Source of the DNA: Fibrobacteria bacterium
GTDB taxonomy: Bacteria > Fibrobacterota > Fibrobacteria > UBA11236
Direction: 5' to 3'
Assembly (NCBI GenBank): GCA_043745805.1
Contig: JAYTSD010000045.1
Span: forward strand, 32,001-96,000
Length of the DNA stretch: 64,000 bases
In this document: positions 30,090 to 40,063 of the stretch, one piece after another
Layout: each line of letters begins with the position of its first letter
Numbering within the stretch: the first letter of the stretch is position 1
Position numbers and translations under genes: made by a program
The notes under the pieces: generated by a model
The model's database searches: none
Told to the model about the DNA's origin: nothing
Seen by the model: the letters and a program-made list of their open reading frames with translations, nothing else

Positions 30090-30318
30090 GAAATTTCTTT
30101 CTAGGAAATTAGGGCTTGAACTTCGCACCACAGCCCCGGAATAAAGGTCGGCGGCCTCTGATCCTTCATGGAAACAACATTGACGCTAGACCTTAGATGC
30201 TTTTGCATCGGCGAAGAGGCAACAATATGCACTAAAATTAGGCTTTAGTAAATGGTGCGGTCGCAATTAGTTTAGGACTAATAGCTCCAAAAGCTATTAA
30301 AATGGGGGTGAAATAACT

Positions 30319-30852
30319 TTAATACACTGCTTGGTATTGGGGATTTAGATAATTCCACTCTTTGGCATAGACATGTACCCGTTTAGTGGGAATCCATTTT
30401 CCGGTGGTATCGTGGGTAACAAATAGGCCACCCGTATTCGCTAAAAAACTCCAAGCTAAAACACCGCCTTCTAAATTGTAGGCTATGATTTGTTGTTTTC
30501 TGAGTTCTTCCGCATATTTTCCAGACCTATAACCAATAGTACAATAGGTAACAATTTTAGATCCGGCCGGAATTCCATGTTTAAATTTTTGCGCGAACTC
30601 TAATGTACTTAAGGCATGGGGTAACATAGACACCTGTTGCTCTTTATTTTCGCGAACATCGATTAGAATTAAATTTGTGTCGTTAATAATTTTTTGTAAT
30701 TCAAAGGCTTTAATCAGCGGTGCGGTTTGTTTGCGAGTAAGCGATTCAAATTCACTGCGGATTTTCGCTTCGAGTTTTTCGGATCGGCTTTGTGAAAATG
30801 AATTTGTGGTTATTAATAGTGCAGACAAGCAAAAAAGAGATAAATATTTCAT
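30319..30852 (-). CDS. Exported rhodanese-like protein
   Basis: Signal peptide, LIDVR, YCTIGYRS and NLEGG..AW motifs. Confidence 0.85.
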   Translation of the reverse strand: MKYLSLFCLSALLITTNSFSQSRSEKLEAKIRSEFESLTRKQTAPLIKAFELQKIINDTNLILIDVRENKEQQVSMLPHALSTLEFAQKFKHGIPAGSKIVTYCTIGYRSGKYAEELRKQQIIAYNLEGGVLAWSFLANTGGLFVTHDTTGKWIPTKRVHVYAKEWNYLNPQYQAVY

Positions 30853-30907
30853 GCTTTAAAAATACAAAGTGCTTTCCCCTAAGTTGCCCATTAGTTAACT
30901 TTAGGCT

Positions 30908-33151
30908 ATGAAAATGAACCGAGTGGCCGCAAAAACTTCGATTTCCCAAATCAATGCCTTAAACCATACCGAGGTTCATCCGCAAAATATTCCTTTGGCG
31001 GCGCGCATGCGTCCAAGAACCTTGGATGAATTTATAGGACAAAGCCATATTGTTGGCCCCGGACGGCTATTGCGTCGCGCCATTCAAGCGGATCAACTTT
31101 CTTCCGTGATTTTTTCGGGTCCACCGGGAACGGGTAAAACCACTTTAGCACAAATTATTGCCAATACTACCAAAAGTAAATTTATTGCCATCAATGCGGT
31201 GTTAGCGGGGATTGCGGATATACGTCTTGCCATTACCGAGGCGAAACGTGTTCGAGAAGAAGAAGGCTTAAGCACGATTCTTTTTATCGACGAAGTGCAT
31301 CGTTTTAATAAAGCCCAACAGGATGCTCTATTGCCGCATGTGGAAAGCGGTGCTTTGCTGCTGATTGGGGCTACGACGGAAAACCCATATTTCGAAGTGA
31401 ATAAAGCCTTGGTCTCGCGCTCTCGTATTTTTCAGTTACGTCCCTTGGAAGTTACGGATATTTTGCAAGCTTTAACTGCGGCATTACAGGACAAAGAGCG
31501 CGGCTATGGGAATTTGCAAGTTGAGGCTGATGCCGAGGCTTTAGCGCATATTGTGGCGGTTGCGGGTGGTGATGCACGGAGCGCCTTAAATGCTTTGCAA
31601 TTAGCGGTGGAAACTACCGCACCCAATGTTCAAGGGATAATTCACTTAAATTTGTCAGTAGCCGAAGAAAGCATTCAAAAGCGTGCAGTGCTTTATGACA
31701 AAGATGGTGATGCCCATTATGATACCATCAGTGCTTTCATCAAAGCCGTGCGTGGATCGGATCCCGATGCGGCTTTATATTGGATGGCAAAAATGCTTTA
31801 TGCAGGGGAAGAGCCACGCTATATTTTTCGGCGCATGTTAATATTGGCTAGTGAAGATGTGGGTTTAGCGGATCCCCAGGCTTTAAGTGTTGTACATAGT
31901 GCGGCGCAAGCTTTTGAATATGTAGGTTTGCCGGAAGGGCAATATCATTTATCGCAAGCTTGTTTATATTTATCAACCGCTCCCAAGAGTAATTCCACCA
32001 TGGCCTTTTTTGATGCTTTGAATAAAGTACAAACCGAACTTAAAGATGAAATTCCGGATCCTTTAAGAGATAAAAGCCGTGATGGCGATGATTTCGGCCA
32101 TGGTCAAGGGTATCAATATCCCCATGCTTATCGCGATCATTGGGTGGCACAACAATATTTGCCGGCGAGTTTGCAAGGCAAAGTTTTTTATGAACCTTCG
32201 GATAGTGGTTATGAAGCCACCATACAAGAATTAGTCATTACTCGCCGTGAAGCGCAATTAGCCGCACTGCAGGATACCAATGATGATGAAAGCAGTAGGG
32301 ATATTGTGAGCGGATTAAAAAACAATTGGCTTAATCGCGCGATTGGGCAAAGTAGTGATGTATTACGCAAGTTACGTCGAGATATTTTTGTGCAAGCTAA
32401 AGTGGGTCGTGAATCTTTGGTATTAGATATTTCCGGTGGAACGGGCTTTTTAACGTGGGAAGCCTGTCGAGTTTGTCATGCCGGTGGCATTTGGACACGT
32501 TGCACTGAGGTTAAAGAAAAACAGGCCATGGAAGAATGGGCTATGCATTTAGGCGTACTCAATCGTCCGCAAGTATTTTTAAGTGCTTTAGCGGACTTAC
32601 CTTCTAATTTGCAAAAGCAAGCGGAGGTTTTATTATTCGATGGAATTATGGGTTGGGATAGTTTAGCAAAGGTGGACCAGCCTGCGGGTTGGCTTCAGGA
32701 AATGCTTAAACTTCTTAATCCACAAGGTGTTTTAGTATTAGCGGAAAAATCGATTATTCGACAACCTTTATTATCCGAATTGTTTGCAGCACAAAAATTA
32801 CAGCAAAGTGCTTTTGCTTCCTTACTAGAATGGGAAAATAAATTTCGAGAAAATATTGCTGCCAAAGAATTAACTTGGACTCATTATTTACCGACTTTAA
32901 GCATAAGTAACATACAGGTTAATAAACTAGAACGTAATTATACTGCTATGCGAAAAGTATCTGCCCAAGATTTGCAAAATTGGTTTGCTTTAGGTCAGCA
33001 AAAACCCGACTCGCTCTTTGCTTATTTGCAAAAAAAATATTCAGAGAGTGAATATTTACAGTTACAAGCTTGGCTCTTGCAGAACCTATCGCAAAACGAA
33101 ATTCCTTGGAAAAATAGTTATGATATTTGGGTGTTTGGGTCTAAAACTTAA
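30908..33151 (+). CDS. rarA: Replication-associated recombination ATPase RarA/MgsA with C-terminal methyltransferase-like extension
   Basis: PLAARMRP, GPPGTGKT, DEVHRFNKAQQD and SAFIKA.RGSDPDA motifs; C-terminal VLDISGGTG. Confidence 0.9.
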   Translation: MKMNRVAAKTSISQINALNHTEVHPQNIPLAARMRPRTLDEFIGQSHIVGPGRLLRRAIQADQLSSVIFSGPPGTGKTTLAQIIANTTKSKFIAINAVLAGIADIRLAITEAKRVREEEGLSTILFIDEVHRFNKAQQDALLPHVESGALLLIGATTENPYFEVNKALVSRSRIFQLRPLEVTDILQALTAALQDKERGYGNLQVEADAEALAHIVAVAGGDARSALNALQLAVETTAPNVQGIIHLNLSVAEESIQKRAVLYDKDGDAHYDTISAFIKAVRGSDPDAALYWMAKMLYAGEEPRYIFRRMLILASEDVGLADPQALSVVHSAAQAFEYVGLPEGQYHLSQACLYLSTAPKSNSTMAFFDALNKVQTELKDEIPDPLRDKSRDGDDFGHGQGYQYPHAYRDHWVAQQYLPASLQGKVFYEPSDSGYEATIQELVITRREAQLAALQDTNDDESSRDIVSGLKNNWLNRAIGQSSDVLRKLRRDIFVQAKVGRESLVLDISGGTGFLTWEACRVCHAGGIWTRCTEVKEKQAMEEWAMHLGVLNRPQVFLSALADLPSNLQKQAEVLLFDGIMGWDSLAKVDQPAGWLQEMLKLLNPQGVLVLAEKSIIRQPLLSELFAAQKLQQSAFASLLEWENKFRENIAAKELTWTHYLPTLSISNIQVNKLERNYTAMRKVSAQDLQNWFALGQQKPDSLFAYLQKKYSESEYLQLQAWLLQNLSQNEIPWKNSYDIWVFGSKT

Positions 33152-33208
33152 ATATTATGTAACATTCCCTAGCTTATTAGGACATAGCTCAAAACCAGAG
33201 GGATCATT

Positions 33209-34057
33209 ATGTTCAAAAATATATTCGGAAAAACAAACTCCTTTAAAATCTTTGCAATAATGATTTTCTGCATTATGCTCATTTATAAAAATAATTTTGC
33301 AGATAATCTAAAAATCACGGCCTTTTCCTTCGGCATTGGCGATTGGATTACCTTAAATGATGGGGAAACTAAAAATCGAGATGAGTTCGGCACTTTGCCT
33401 AGCCTAGGGGTGTATGCGAAAGCGTATACTTGGAATTTAGATTTCGGTTTGCCACTAAAAAGCACTTTTAAAAAAGTAAATCATGATATACGCTATTCAT
33501 TGGGCGAAGCGTCTTTGGGTCTCAGCAAAAACTGGGGAGATTTTACACCCCGTTTGGGATTGCAATTTCCTCTTTATAAGTGGTCTGTCGAAGACCCTGC
33601 TATCAATGAACTCTTTATAGGTAGTGGTAATGTGAATGTTACCTTGGGATCTTGTGCAAAACTATTTACTCAATCGCTTCCTCCAAAATGGACGTCTTCT
33701 GCGAGTGCTGAGTTCTCAACTGCAATAACCCAAGCCTTGGCAGATTATGGTTCTAGTCATGCATTGGGAATAGTGCAAATTGAGCGTACTTTAGGTAATC
33801 GCTGGAAAGCTGGAGTCAATACTTTAGTATTATGGGATTACTACAAATGGATTCCTAGTTATTGGGATGAAAAGGAAGAAGTGAAATTCTCAATTGTACC
33901 AGGATTTGTAATGGGAGTACGCTTAGGTTTTGCGACTTATGTGGATGCGAAAATAGGGATGAGTGTTTATTCTCAGAGAGTATTAGTGGAAACAAAATAT
34001 CCGGATGTTCCACAAAGTTCATTTTACGGTAATTTATCAGTATTTCAAGGTTTTTGA
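33209..34057 (+). CDS. Probable outer-membrane beta-barrel protein
   Basis: Signal-like N-terminus, amphipathic strands, terminal Phe (YGNLSVFQGF). Confidence 0.65.
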   Translation: MFKNIFGKTNSFKIFAIMIFCIMLIYKNNFADNLKITAFSFGIGDWITLNDGETKNRDEFGTLPSLGVYAKAYTWNLDFGLPLKSTFKKVNHDIRYSLGEASLGLSKNWGDFTPRLGLQFPLYKWSVEDPAINELFIGSGNVNVTLGSCAKLFTQSLPPKWTSSASAEFSTAITQALADYGSSHALGIVQIERTLGNRWKAGVNTLVLWDYYKWIPSYWDEKEEVKFSIVPGFVMGVRLGFATYVDAKIGMSVYSQRVLVETKYPDVPQSSFYGNLSVFQGF

Positions 34058-34065
34058 ACGGCGGT

Positions 34066-34102
34066 ATTTCAGGGTTTTTGTACAATACAAAAACCCTGAA
34101 AT
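34066..34102. terminator. Perfect 17-bp hairpin between convergent genes
   Basis: ATTTCAGGGTTTTTGTA-caa-TACAAAAACCCTGAAAT. Confidence 0.75.
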
Positions 34103-34107
34103 TTATT

Positions 34108-34428
34108 TTAAGCTGGAGGCGTAGCTGCAGGTTCTACGCAACTTGCGCCTTTACATTCCGAATGCCCTTTGCATTCATGGCTGGCAACACCTTTACCATC
34201 TTGAAAACTAAAACCTTTACAAGAATTTAATGTCTTGCAATCGTGAATTGCAGATGCTCCTCCTAATTTAGTGCATTCGGCCTGAAATTCTGTAACCGTC
34301 TTAGCAGCAGTTATACCGGTGGCAGCTGGTTTGTCGGCGCTAGCAGTACTACTTTCGCAACCGATTAAAGTTGAGCCGCCGGCGATAATACCAGCAAGAG
34401 CTAATTGGCAGAGTAGATTTTTTTTCAT
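34108..34428 (-). CDS. Small Cys/His-repeat lipoprotein (bufferin/BufA2-like motif)
   Basis: SD AAGGA before ATG 34428; LIGC lipobox; HDCKTLNSCKG and HECKGHSECKG repeats. Confidence 0.75.
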   Translation of the reverse strand: MKKNLLCQLALAGIIAGGSTLIGCESSTASADKPAATGITAAKTVTEFQAECTKLGGASAIHDCKTLNSCKGFSFQDGKGVASHECKGHSECKGASCVEPAATPPA

Positions 34429-34637
34429 GTTTATTCCTTTAAAAATATTCGAAATAAGGTTTACGATAAGAAAACCATCTCTTATCCTAGGGTAAGTCCT
34501 AGCAATAAATAAAATGTTACATGCCAATATATGTTAAATTCCTCGGCAGTTTATCTCGGTTTTCCAATTAGTAAAATCTGCATTTTTGAGGGATTTAGTT
34601 ATCTTTACTCGAAAATCACCCATGAACAGGGAGGGGT

Positions 34638-35927
34638 ATGGACTGGCTAAAATGGAATTGTTGTTGGAATAAAAATCTTGTTTGGTGTTTCCTGTTAATT
34701 ACTGTTTTTATGTCAAATATTGAGGCACGTGCTCTCATGAATGAATGTCCTGAAGTGACCACTCAATCGGGAACCTATCTCATAGTGAATTCTCCAGTTT
34801 TGCAATATACCGTGACAAGTTTTGATCCCGCATGGTTCAGTACGGAGGATGCCCAAAAGGCTCCAACACTTTTTACAGTTGCATTTACTTCTTCGCTTAG
34901 TGCTTTGCCCATAGCACCAAAGTTACGCTTGCGCCTACTCATTCAAGCCGATACTTCGCGTGGAAAATCGGCTCCTAGCGAATGGTTAAGCGCCTTCGAC
35001 AGGCAATCTGCTTATTTAACCGCCGCACAATTACAAATGGTTATGCGATCCAATGATGTATTCGGTTTGGATTTTGAGGGATCAGGAATCGCCTTCGATC
35101 AAAGTGAACTCTATAATGCTGTGGTGAAGCTAGGGCGTACGCCAGAAATGAATTTGCATTTTAAATTTGCATTAACTTGCGAGGATAGTAACAATCCAGT
35201 AAACACGAAAGATTTTTATTTACAGGTTATTGATCCGGAAAAACCACTGATTGGAAAGCTTCGCTTTGTAAAAACCGTACAAGCAATTTATCCAGGCAGT
35301 CAAATACAAAATGCTAAGCCTGCATCCATTTACACTTTAAATCCAATTTTCAAAATCGCCTCCGAGCTTTTTAATAATTTGGAATTTCAATATCCTGATG
35401 GCGAGCCCAAAATGGAAATTTTCCTTTATGAATTAGGCGAAGGGCAAGTTGCCCAGGATGCTATGGATGGAATTGAGTACGCAAAGTTCCCTTTGTTTGG
35501 AGAATCTGCTCCAGTCCCTTATCCACCTAACTTACCCATGTTAATGCCCGGTAAAACCTATGTGTGGCGTGCACGCGCCAGATTACGCGGTCCTGCGACG
35601 GAATATCTTTATTCCAATGCGCTATATTTTAAAGTAGATGAAAGATTATCCGGTAACTCTTCATACCCTTATCCGGAAATATCGGATACCAAAAGTTTGG
35701 AGTTTCAAATTAAATATGCGGATGATTATGCCAAACGGGTAATGGCCGCTTTGAAAATTATTTTGGGCGAAAATTTTGAAGCTTTTGATTTAACGCGCGC
35801 CAATAAAATTCCCGTGAAAGGACAAATTCGTTTGAATGGACATCCTTATTCCATTGAAGAATTAGAACGCTTGGCCAAAGAATTTCAACTTTCCAAACAC
35901 AGCGTAAGCCGCTTGAGGTTGCAATGA
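34638..35927 (+). CDS. Exported hypothetical protein with Fn3/Ig-like segment
   Basis: SD GGAGG, signal peptide, L.PGKTYVWRARA pattern. Confidence 0.72.
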   Translation: MDWLKWNCCWNKNLVWCFLLITVFMSNIEARALMNECPEVTTQSGTYLIVNSPVLQYTVTSFDPAWFSTEDAQKAPTLFTVAFTSSLSALPIAPKLRLRLLIQADTSRGKSAPSEWLSAFDRQSAYLTAAQLQMVMRSNDVFGLDFEGSGIAFDQSELYNAVVKLGRTPEMNLHFKFALTCEDSNNPVNTKDFYLQVIDPEKPLIGKLRFVKTVQAIYPGSQIQNAKPASIYTLNPIFKIASELFNNLEFQYPDGEPKMEIFLYELGEGQVAQDAMDGIEYAKFPLFGESAPVPYPPNLPMLMPGKTYVWRARARLRGPATEYLYSNALYFKVDERLSGNSSYPYPEISDTKSLEFQIKYADDYAKRVMAALKIILGENFEAFDLTRANKIPVKGQIRLNGHPYSIEELERLAKEFQLSKHSVSRLRLQ

Positions 35928-36601
35928 AAAAAACATGCTTTAGGTTAGGATGGGTTTTAGCATTAGGGCTAATAGTTTCGCTGCATGCCGCGCCTATTTT
36001 GGCCGTGACGAAATCGGTAAAGGGTACCGTGCGTGTTTCGCAAGCCGGTGCCGCTACACAAACCGATTTGAAAGTTGCCGATTTATTACTCAGCGGATCG
36101 CATCTCGAAACGGGTGAAAATGGTAAAGTAATGGTACGTTTTCTCAAAGATGAAAGTTTTTTAGATATTCGTCCCAAAACTCAAATCGATTTAAAAGGCG
36201 CTAAAGCAGGCGGGACTAAAGGCGGAAAGCTGATGCTCAAAATAGGTGAAGTGGTTTTTGGCATGAAAAAGAAAAGCTTAGAATGGCAATGCGAAAGTGA
36301 TAATTCCGTAGCGACAGCGAGCAAAGCGAAATATTCTTTTGTTTATGACGAGAAGGCAGTGAGTACAATTATTATCCAAGAAGGTGAAGTGAAAGTATAT
36401 AATCGCCCCAAAGATGCGAATGCAGTTGTGAGAGCGGGTCAAAAAGCTGTTTCGGATTTAAACGGAATACATATTACAGATGCATCGGATGCCGAACTGG
36501 AACAAGTAGGCTTTCGTCAAAGCGCTTTAGAAGTTGATTTTATGAATCCTCAAACCGAAGAATTGAGCACATTGGAAATCGAATATGAAACGGATTTTTG
36601 A
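35924..36601 (+). CDS. Exported FecR-domain protein
   Basis: Signal peptide; G..LETGENG, L..GEV and EGEV.V...V.AGQ motifs; ATGA overlap with the upstream gene. Confidence 0.8.
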   Translation: MKKTCFRLGWVLALGLIVSLHAAPILAVTKSVKGTVRVSQAGAATQTDLKVADLLLSGSHLETGENGKVMVRFLKDESFLDIRPKTQIDLKGAKAGGTKGGKLMLKIGEVVFGMKKKSLEWQCESDNSVATASKAKYSFVYDEKAVSTIIIQEGEVKVYNRPKDANAVVRAGQKAVSDLNGIHITDASDAELEQVGFRQSALEVDFMNPQTEELSTLEIEYETDF

Positions 36602-38876
36602 AATGTTTACCTCAACTTTAAACTCCTGGTTACCCTCAAAATTAAGTTTAGCATTAGGGGTATTATTTTGCACTGTTGCGTTGGTTTTTTCACAAACAAG
36701 TACTCCTGAGAGAACGCCTAAGACTACAACATCGACTACTTCAGCACCGGTTGATTCTAGTGAAGAAGAAGATATTATGCAAAGCGCAAGCTTAACACGC
36801 GCGAATCTCATTCTCCCGATTGATGGAGATATCTTCTATGATAAAGACATTAAGGTTTTAGCCTCTTTGGAGGGGACGGCTCCCCAAAGCGCCTTGATTC
36901 AATTAGATGGTTGGTCATATGACAAACCAGTTACTATCGAAGAAGGTTATGTCTCTATTGAAATCAATGATTTAAAAATGGGATTGCATGAGCTCTCCCT
37001 TATACTTTTTAATGAAAAAACCGAAATTGTATTTCAAAAAAATATTCGCTTTTTTATTCGCTTACCCGAGCCGCTGAAATCATTGCATAAAAGTCCTTTG
37101 CGACAATTTGGAAGAGTTATCGCCAAGCTAGATTATAAAGGTGGAGAAGCTTCCAATCGATTAATATCGCAAAGTAAACTCAGCCTGGAAAATGGCACCT
37201 TGAAAATGGGTAAGCAAGATAAACCCTTGTCGAAAGATCTGGATGGCGGAATCGAAACCGCCTATAATTTAAAGGTTCAACGTTTAGAAGCCTCCGGGAA
37301 AATTTTGGCTAAAACGGATGAAAGCCCCTATCGACAGCCTTCGGATCGAATGAGCGGTCAAATTAAATACGGCCCATGGGTAACCGCGCGTGCGGGTGAT
37401 ATTTACCCTAGTTATAATGAACTCAGCTTAACCGGCACGCGCGTGCGCGGCGCGGAAGCTAGTTTAAACATTTTTAAAGACGATAGTCGATGGGGATCCT
37501 TGCAAATTGTGCGCGGAGAAAGTCGCCGTGAAATCACCCCTTATGTTGCACAGTATGATACCGGTAACGGTAGCCGCAATGATACAATATCGGGAACTTA
37601 TCGACAGGTATTAACCGCTGCGCGTTTGGGGTTTGGCGGAGGGGAGCATTTTAACTTAGGCTTTTCGTTTATGAAAGCTTCGGATAGGGTCACAAGTTTA
37701 GATCGCGCTTTGAATGACAGTTTATTTGGTTTGCGACCAGTAGACAATTTAGTGCCAGGAATTGATTTTCGTTCTGGATTTTGGGAAGGCAAAATTCAAG
37801 TCTATAGCAATTGGGCCTTGAGTTTCTATACCAAGGATGCCTCGTTAGGTGCTTTTGGTAAGGACTCATTTGATGTGAGCTTTAGCCCGAAAAAATTTGA
37901 AAATATTATCCAAATCAATCCGAGCACACGTGGCTGGCAATATTTTCTTAGCTCTAAGGACTCCTTAGGAAACAGTTTAAATAAAAGTCCAGATATTGCT
38001 GGCTTTGTTCGAGCGAATTCTACCTATGAAATGGGAACGGTAGTTTCTATTCCACTATCTAATATGGTTACAGAAACGCAAATTCTCTATAATCATTTGG
38101 GCTTGGATTATCATAGTGAAGGCAATCCCTTTTTGGGAAGCAATCCAGGTAATGGGTTAACCCTTATTCAAAAACTGGTGCTTTTACAAAACCAATTATC
38201 TTTGGGCTTAGAAATTAATGCAGCAAATCAAGATTTGGGTTTCATGCAACAAAATCAAAGAAGTTATAAATTGGAAGTACGCTATTCACCTACGCCGGAT
38301 CAACCTGGTTTTTGGATAAACGGTGGAAGAACAAAAAGTGATCCTAATGGTAATTTTCCACATCAATTTTCTTCGGACTTTATCAACTTAAATTTGGGTG
38401 GCTATTATCAATTCCTGCTTCCCAGTGGTAAATTACATACTTCGATGCTTTATGGATTTACTCAAAGTGATTTAGAATTGAAAGATTTTCCTCCTGATTC
38501 TACCAATAAACTTTTACAATTTCCTTTAACGCGCACCCATATTATCACCAGTTCCTTGCAGTATAAAATGCGTTACTCTGAGTTTATACCACGGATATCT
38601 CATTCCTTTTCCTCGAATGGTATTCAAAAGCCTACGAATACTGTGAATATGGGTTTTATGAATTCTCTCATGAATAACCAATTAAAAATGGATGCATCAG
38701 TGAGTATAGGTCAATATCCTGCGAGTAATACGCAAAGTGATTTAACGGTGGGTGAATCTTTAGGAGCAGGCTACTACTTTACCCCTAATCAAAATTTACG
38801 CTTTAAAGAACGTTGGATTAAATATGGTAGGAATACCAATTTGATTTTAGGTTCTAATTATGAGTTGTATTTTTAA
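36585..38876 (+). CDS. Large probable outer-membrane beta-barrel protein with N-terminal Ig-like domain
   Basis: Signal peptide, T/S linker, GDIYP.Y.ELSL.G..VRG motif, terminal YELYF. Confidence 0.72.
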   Translation: MKRIFEMFTSTLNSWLPSKLSLALGVLFCTVALVFSQTSTPERTPKTTTSTTSAPVDSSEEEDIMQSASLTRANLILPIDGDIFYDKDIKVLASLEGTAPQSALIQLDGWSYDKPVTIEEGYVSIEINDLKMGLHELSLILFNEKTEIVFQKNIRFFIRLPEPLKSLHKSPLRQFGRVIAKLDYKGGEASNRLISQSKLSLENGTLKMGKQDKPLSKDLDGGIETAYNLKVQRLEASGKILAKTDESPYRQPSDRMSGQIKYGPWVTARAGDIYPSYNELSLTGTRVRGAEASLNIFKDDSRWGSLQIVRGESRREITPYVAQYDTGNGSRNDTISGTYRQVLTAARLGFGGGEHFNLGFSFMKASDRVTSLDRALNDSLFGLRPVDNLVPGIDFRSGFWEGKIQVYSNWALSFYTKDASLGAFGKDSFDVSFSPKKFENIIQINPSTRGWQYFLSSKDSLGNSLNKSPDIAGFVRANSTYEMGTVVSIPLSNMVTETQILYNHLGLDYHSEGNPFLGSNPGNGLTLIQKLVLLQNQLSLGLEINAANQDLGFMQQNQRSYKLEVRYSPTPDQPGFWINGGRTKSDPNGNFPHQFSSDFINLNLGGYYQFLLPSGKLHTSMLYGFTQSDLELKDFPPDSTNKLLQFPLTRTHIITSSLQYKMRYSEFIPRISHSFSSNGIQKPTNTVNMGFMNSLMNNQLKMDASVSIGQYPASNTQSDLTVGESLGAGYYFTPNQNLRFKERWIKYGRNTNLILGSNYELYF

Positions 38877-40063
38877 ATTTTCTGCAAACCTTTTTTGCGC
38901 AAGGGATCGAAAGGTTCCAAGCTATATTTAGGTTTTTCGCCATTGAGCAAATTCGACATACATATTCCCGCTAATGGGGCCATGCTAATCCCACATTTAT
39001 AATGTCCCGTACAAAGTGCAATAGTATGTTTACTATTAACAAACCCCATTAAAGGCAATCTATCCTTGCTGCGTGGACGCAATCCCGTCCAAGTCTCTAA
39101 AGGCTGATGAGGAATATTCGGTAAAAAATCCTGCATTTTTTGATCAAGATAACTTTTTCCAAAATCGTTATAACCTTCATCCCAAATACCCGCTTCGGTG
39201 GTTGCGCCAATCACCAAACTATTACCACGTGGCACAAAATAAAGGTCCTCTTGATAATGTACCATGCTGGTTTCACTATAAAATTTCGGAATGCGATAAA
39301 GCTGGCCTTTTACTGGGAGTAATGGGGCCGAGTAACCTAAATATGACAGTAACTTTCCCGACCAGGCGCCGGCAGAAATAAGCAATTGTTTACCCTGTAA
39401 ATTTCCAGTCTCCGTTTTAAGCTGTACACCAAAAGCATTTTCCTCAATACCTTGTATATCTACTGAAGCAAGGATTTTTACACCTGACCTTATACAAGCT
39501 TGTAATAAGGCTTGCATCAAGTCGCGATTTTGCACATAGGCTTCTTCAGGGAAATACAAAACCTTTACTCTTTTTAAAGGACATTTTTTTTGTAAAAATT
39601 CAGGTAACTTGTCGGATACATTAAAACGCTTGGCACGTTCGCGTTCGAGTTGCTCGGTTTTAGCAAGGAATTGTTTTTCGCCTTCAGCATTTTCCAAATT
39701 GAAAATTTGATAATCGCCTACGCGTTGAAATGGAATCGACTGCCCCGAAATTCTTGTAAGTTCCTCGAGCCATTCCGGATACATTTGAATGGAACGCACA
39801 TAAAATTCTCGAAAGGCCGAAGCAAAAGTATGTGCATCGCGGGTTACTAAAATACCAGCTGCGGCATGAGAGGCTTTTTGACCGATGGGATTGGAATCTA
39901 TGAGCACCACGTATTTGCCACGCTTAGCTTCTTCCAAGGCGCAGCTTAAACCCATGATACCTGCTCCGGCAATAACTAAATCAAAAGTTTGGGAAGATGT
40001 AATCGATGAGTTACCAAGTTTATCCTGAGCATCTTTTTTTTCCTGAAAGATTTTTGTGTTCAT
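38873..40063 (-). CDS. FAD-dependent glycine/D-amino acid oxidase (ThiO/DadA family)
   Basis: GAGIMG, AS.AAAGIL, PVKGQ, GLRP...D.LP and TGHYK.GI.MAP motifs. Confidence 0.88.
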   Translation of the reverse strand: MNTKIFQEKKDAQDKLGNSSITSSQTFDLVIAGAGIMGLSCALEEAKRGKYVVLIDSNPIGQKASHAAAGILVTRDAHTFASAFREFYVRSIQMYPEWLEELTRISGQSIPFQRVGDYQIFNLENAEGEKQFLAKTEQLERERAKRFNVSDKLPEFLQKKCPLKRVKVLYFPEEAYVQNRDLMQALLQACIRSGVKILASVDIQGIEENAFGVQLKTETGNLQGKQLLISAGAWSGKLLSYLGYSAPLLPVKGQLYRIPKFYSETSMVHYQEDLYFVPRGNSLVIGATTEAGIWDEGYNDFGKSYLDQKMQDFLPNIPHQPLETWTGLRPRSKDRLPLMGFVNSKHTIALCTGHYKCGISMAPLAGICMSNLLNGEKPKYSLEPFDPLRKKGLQKI

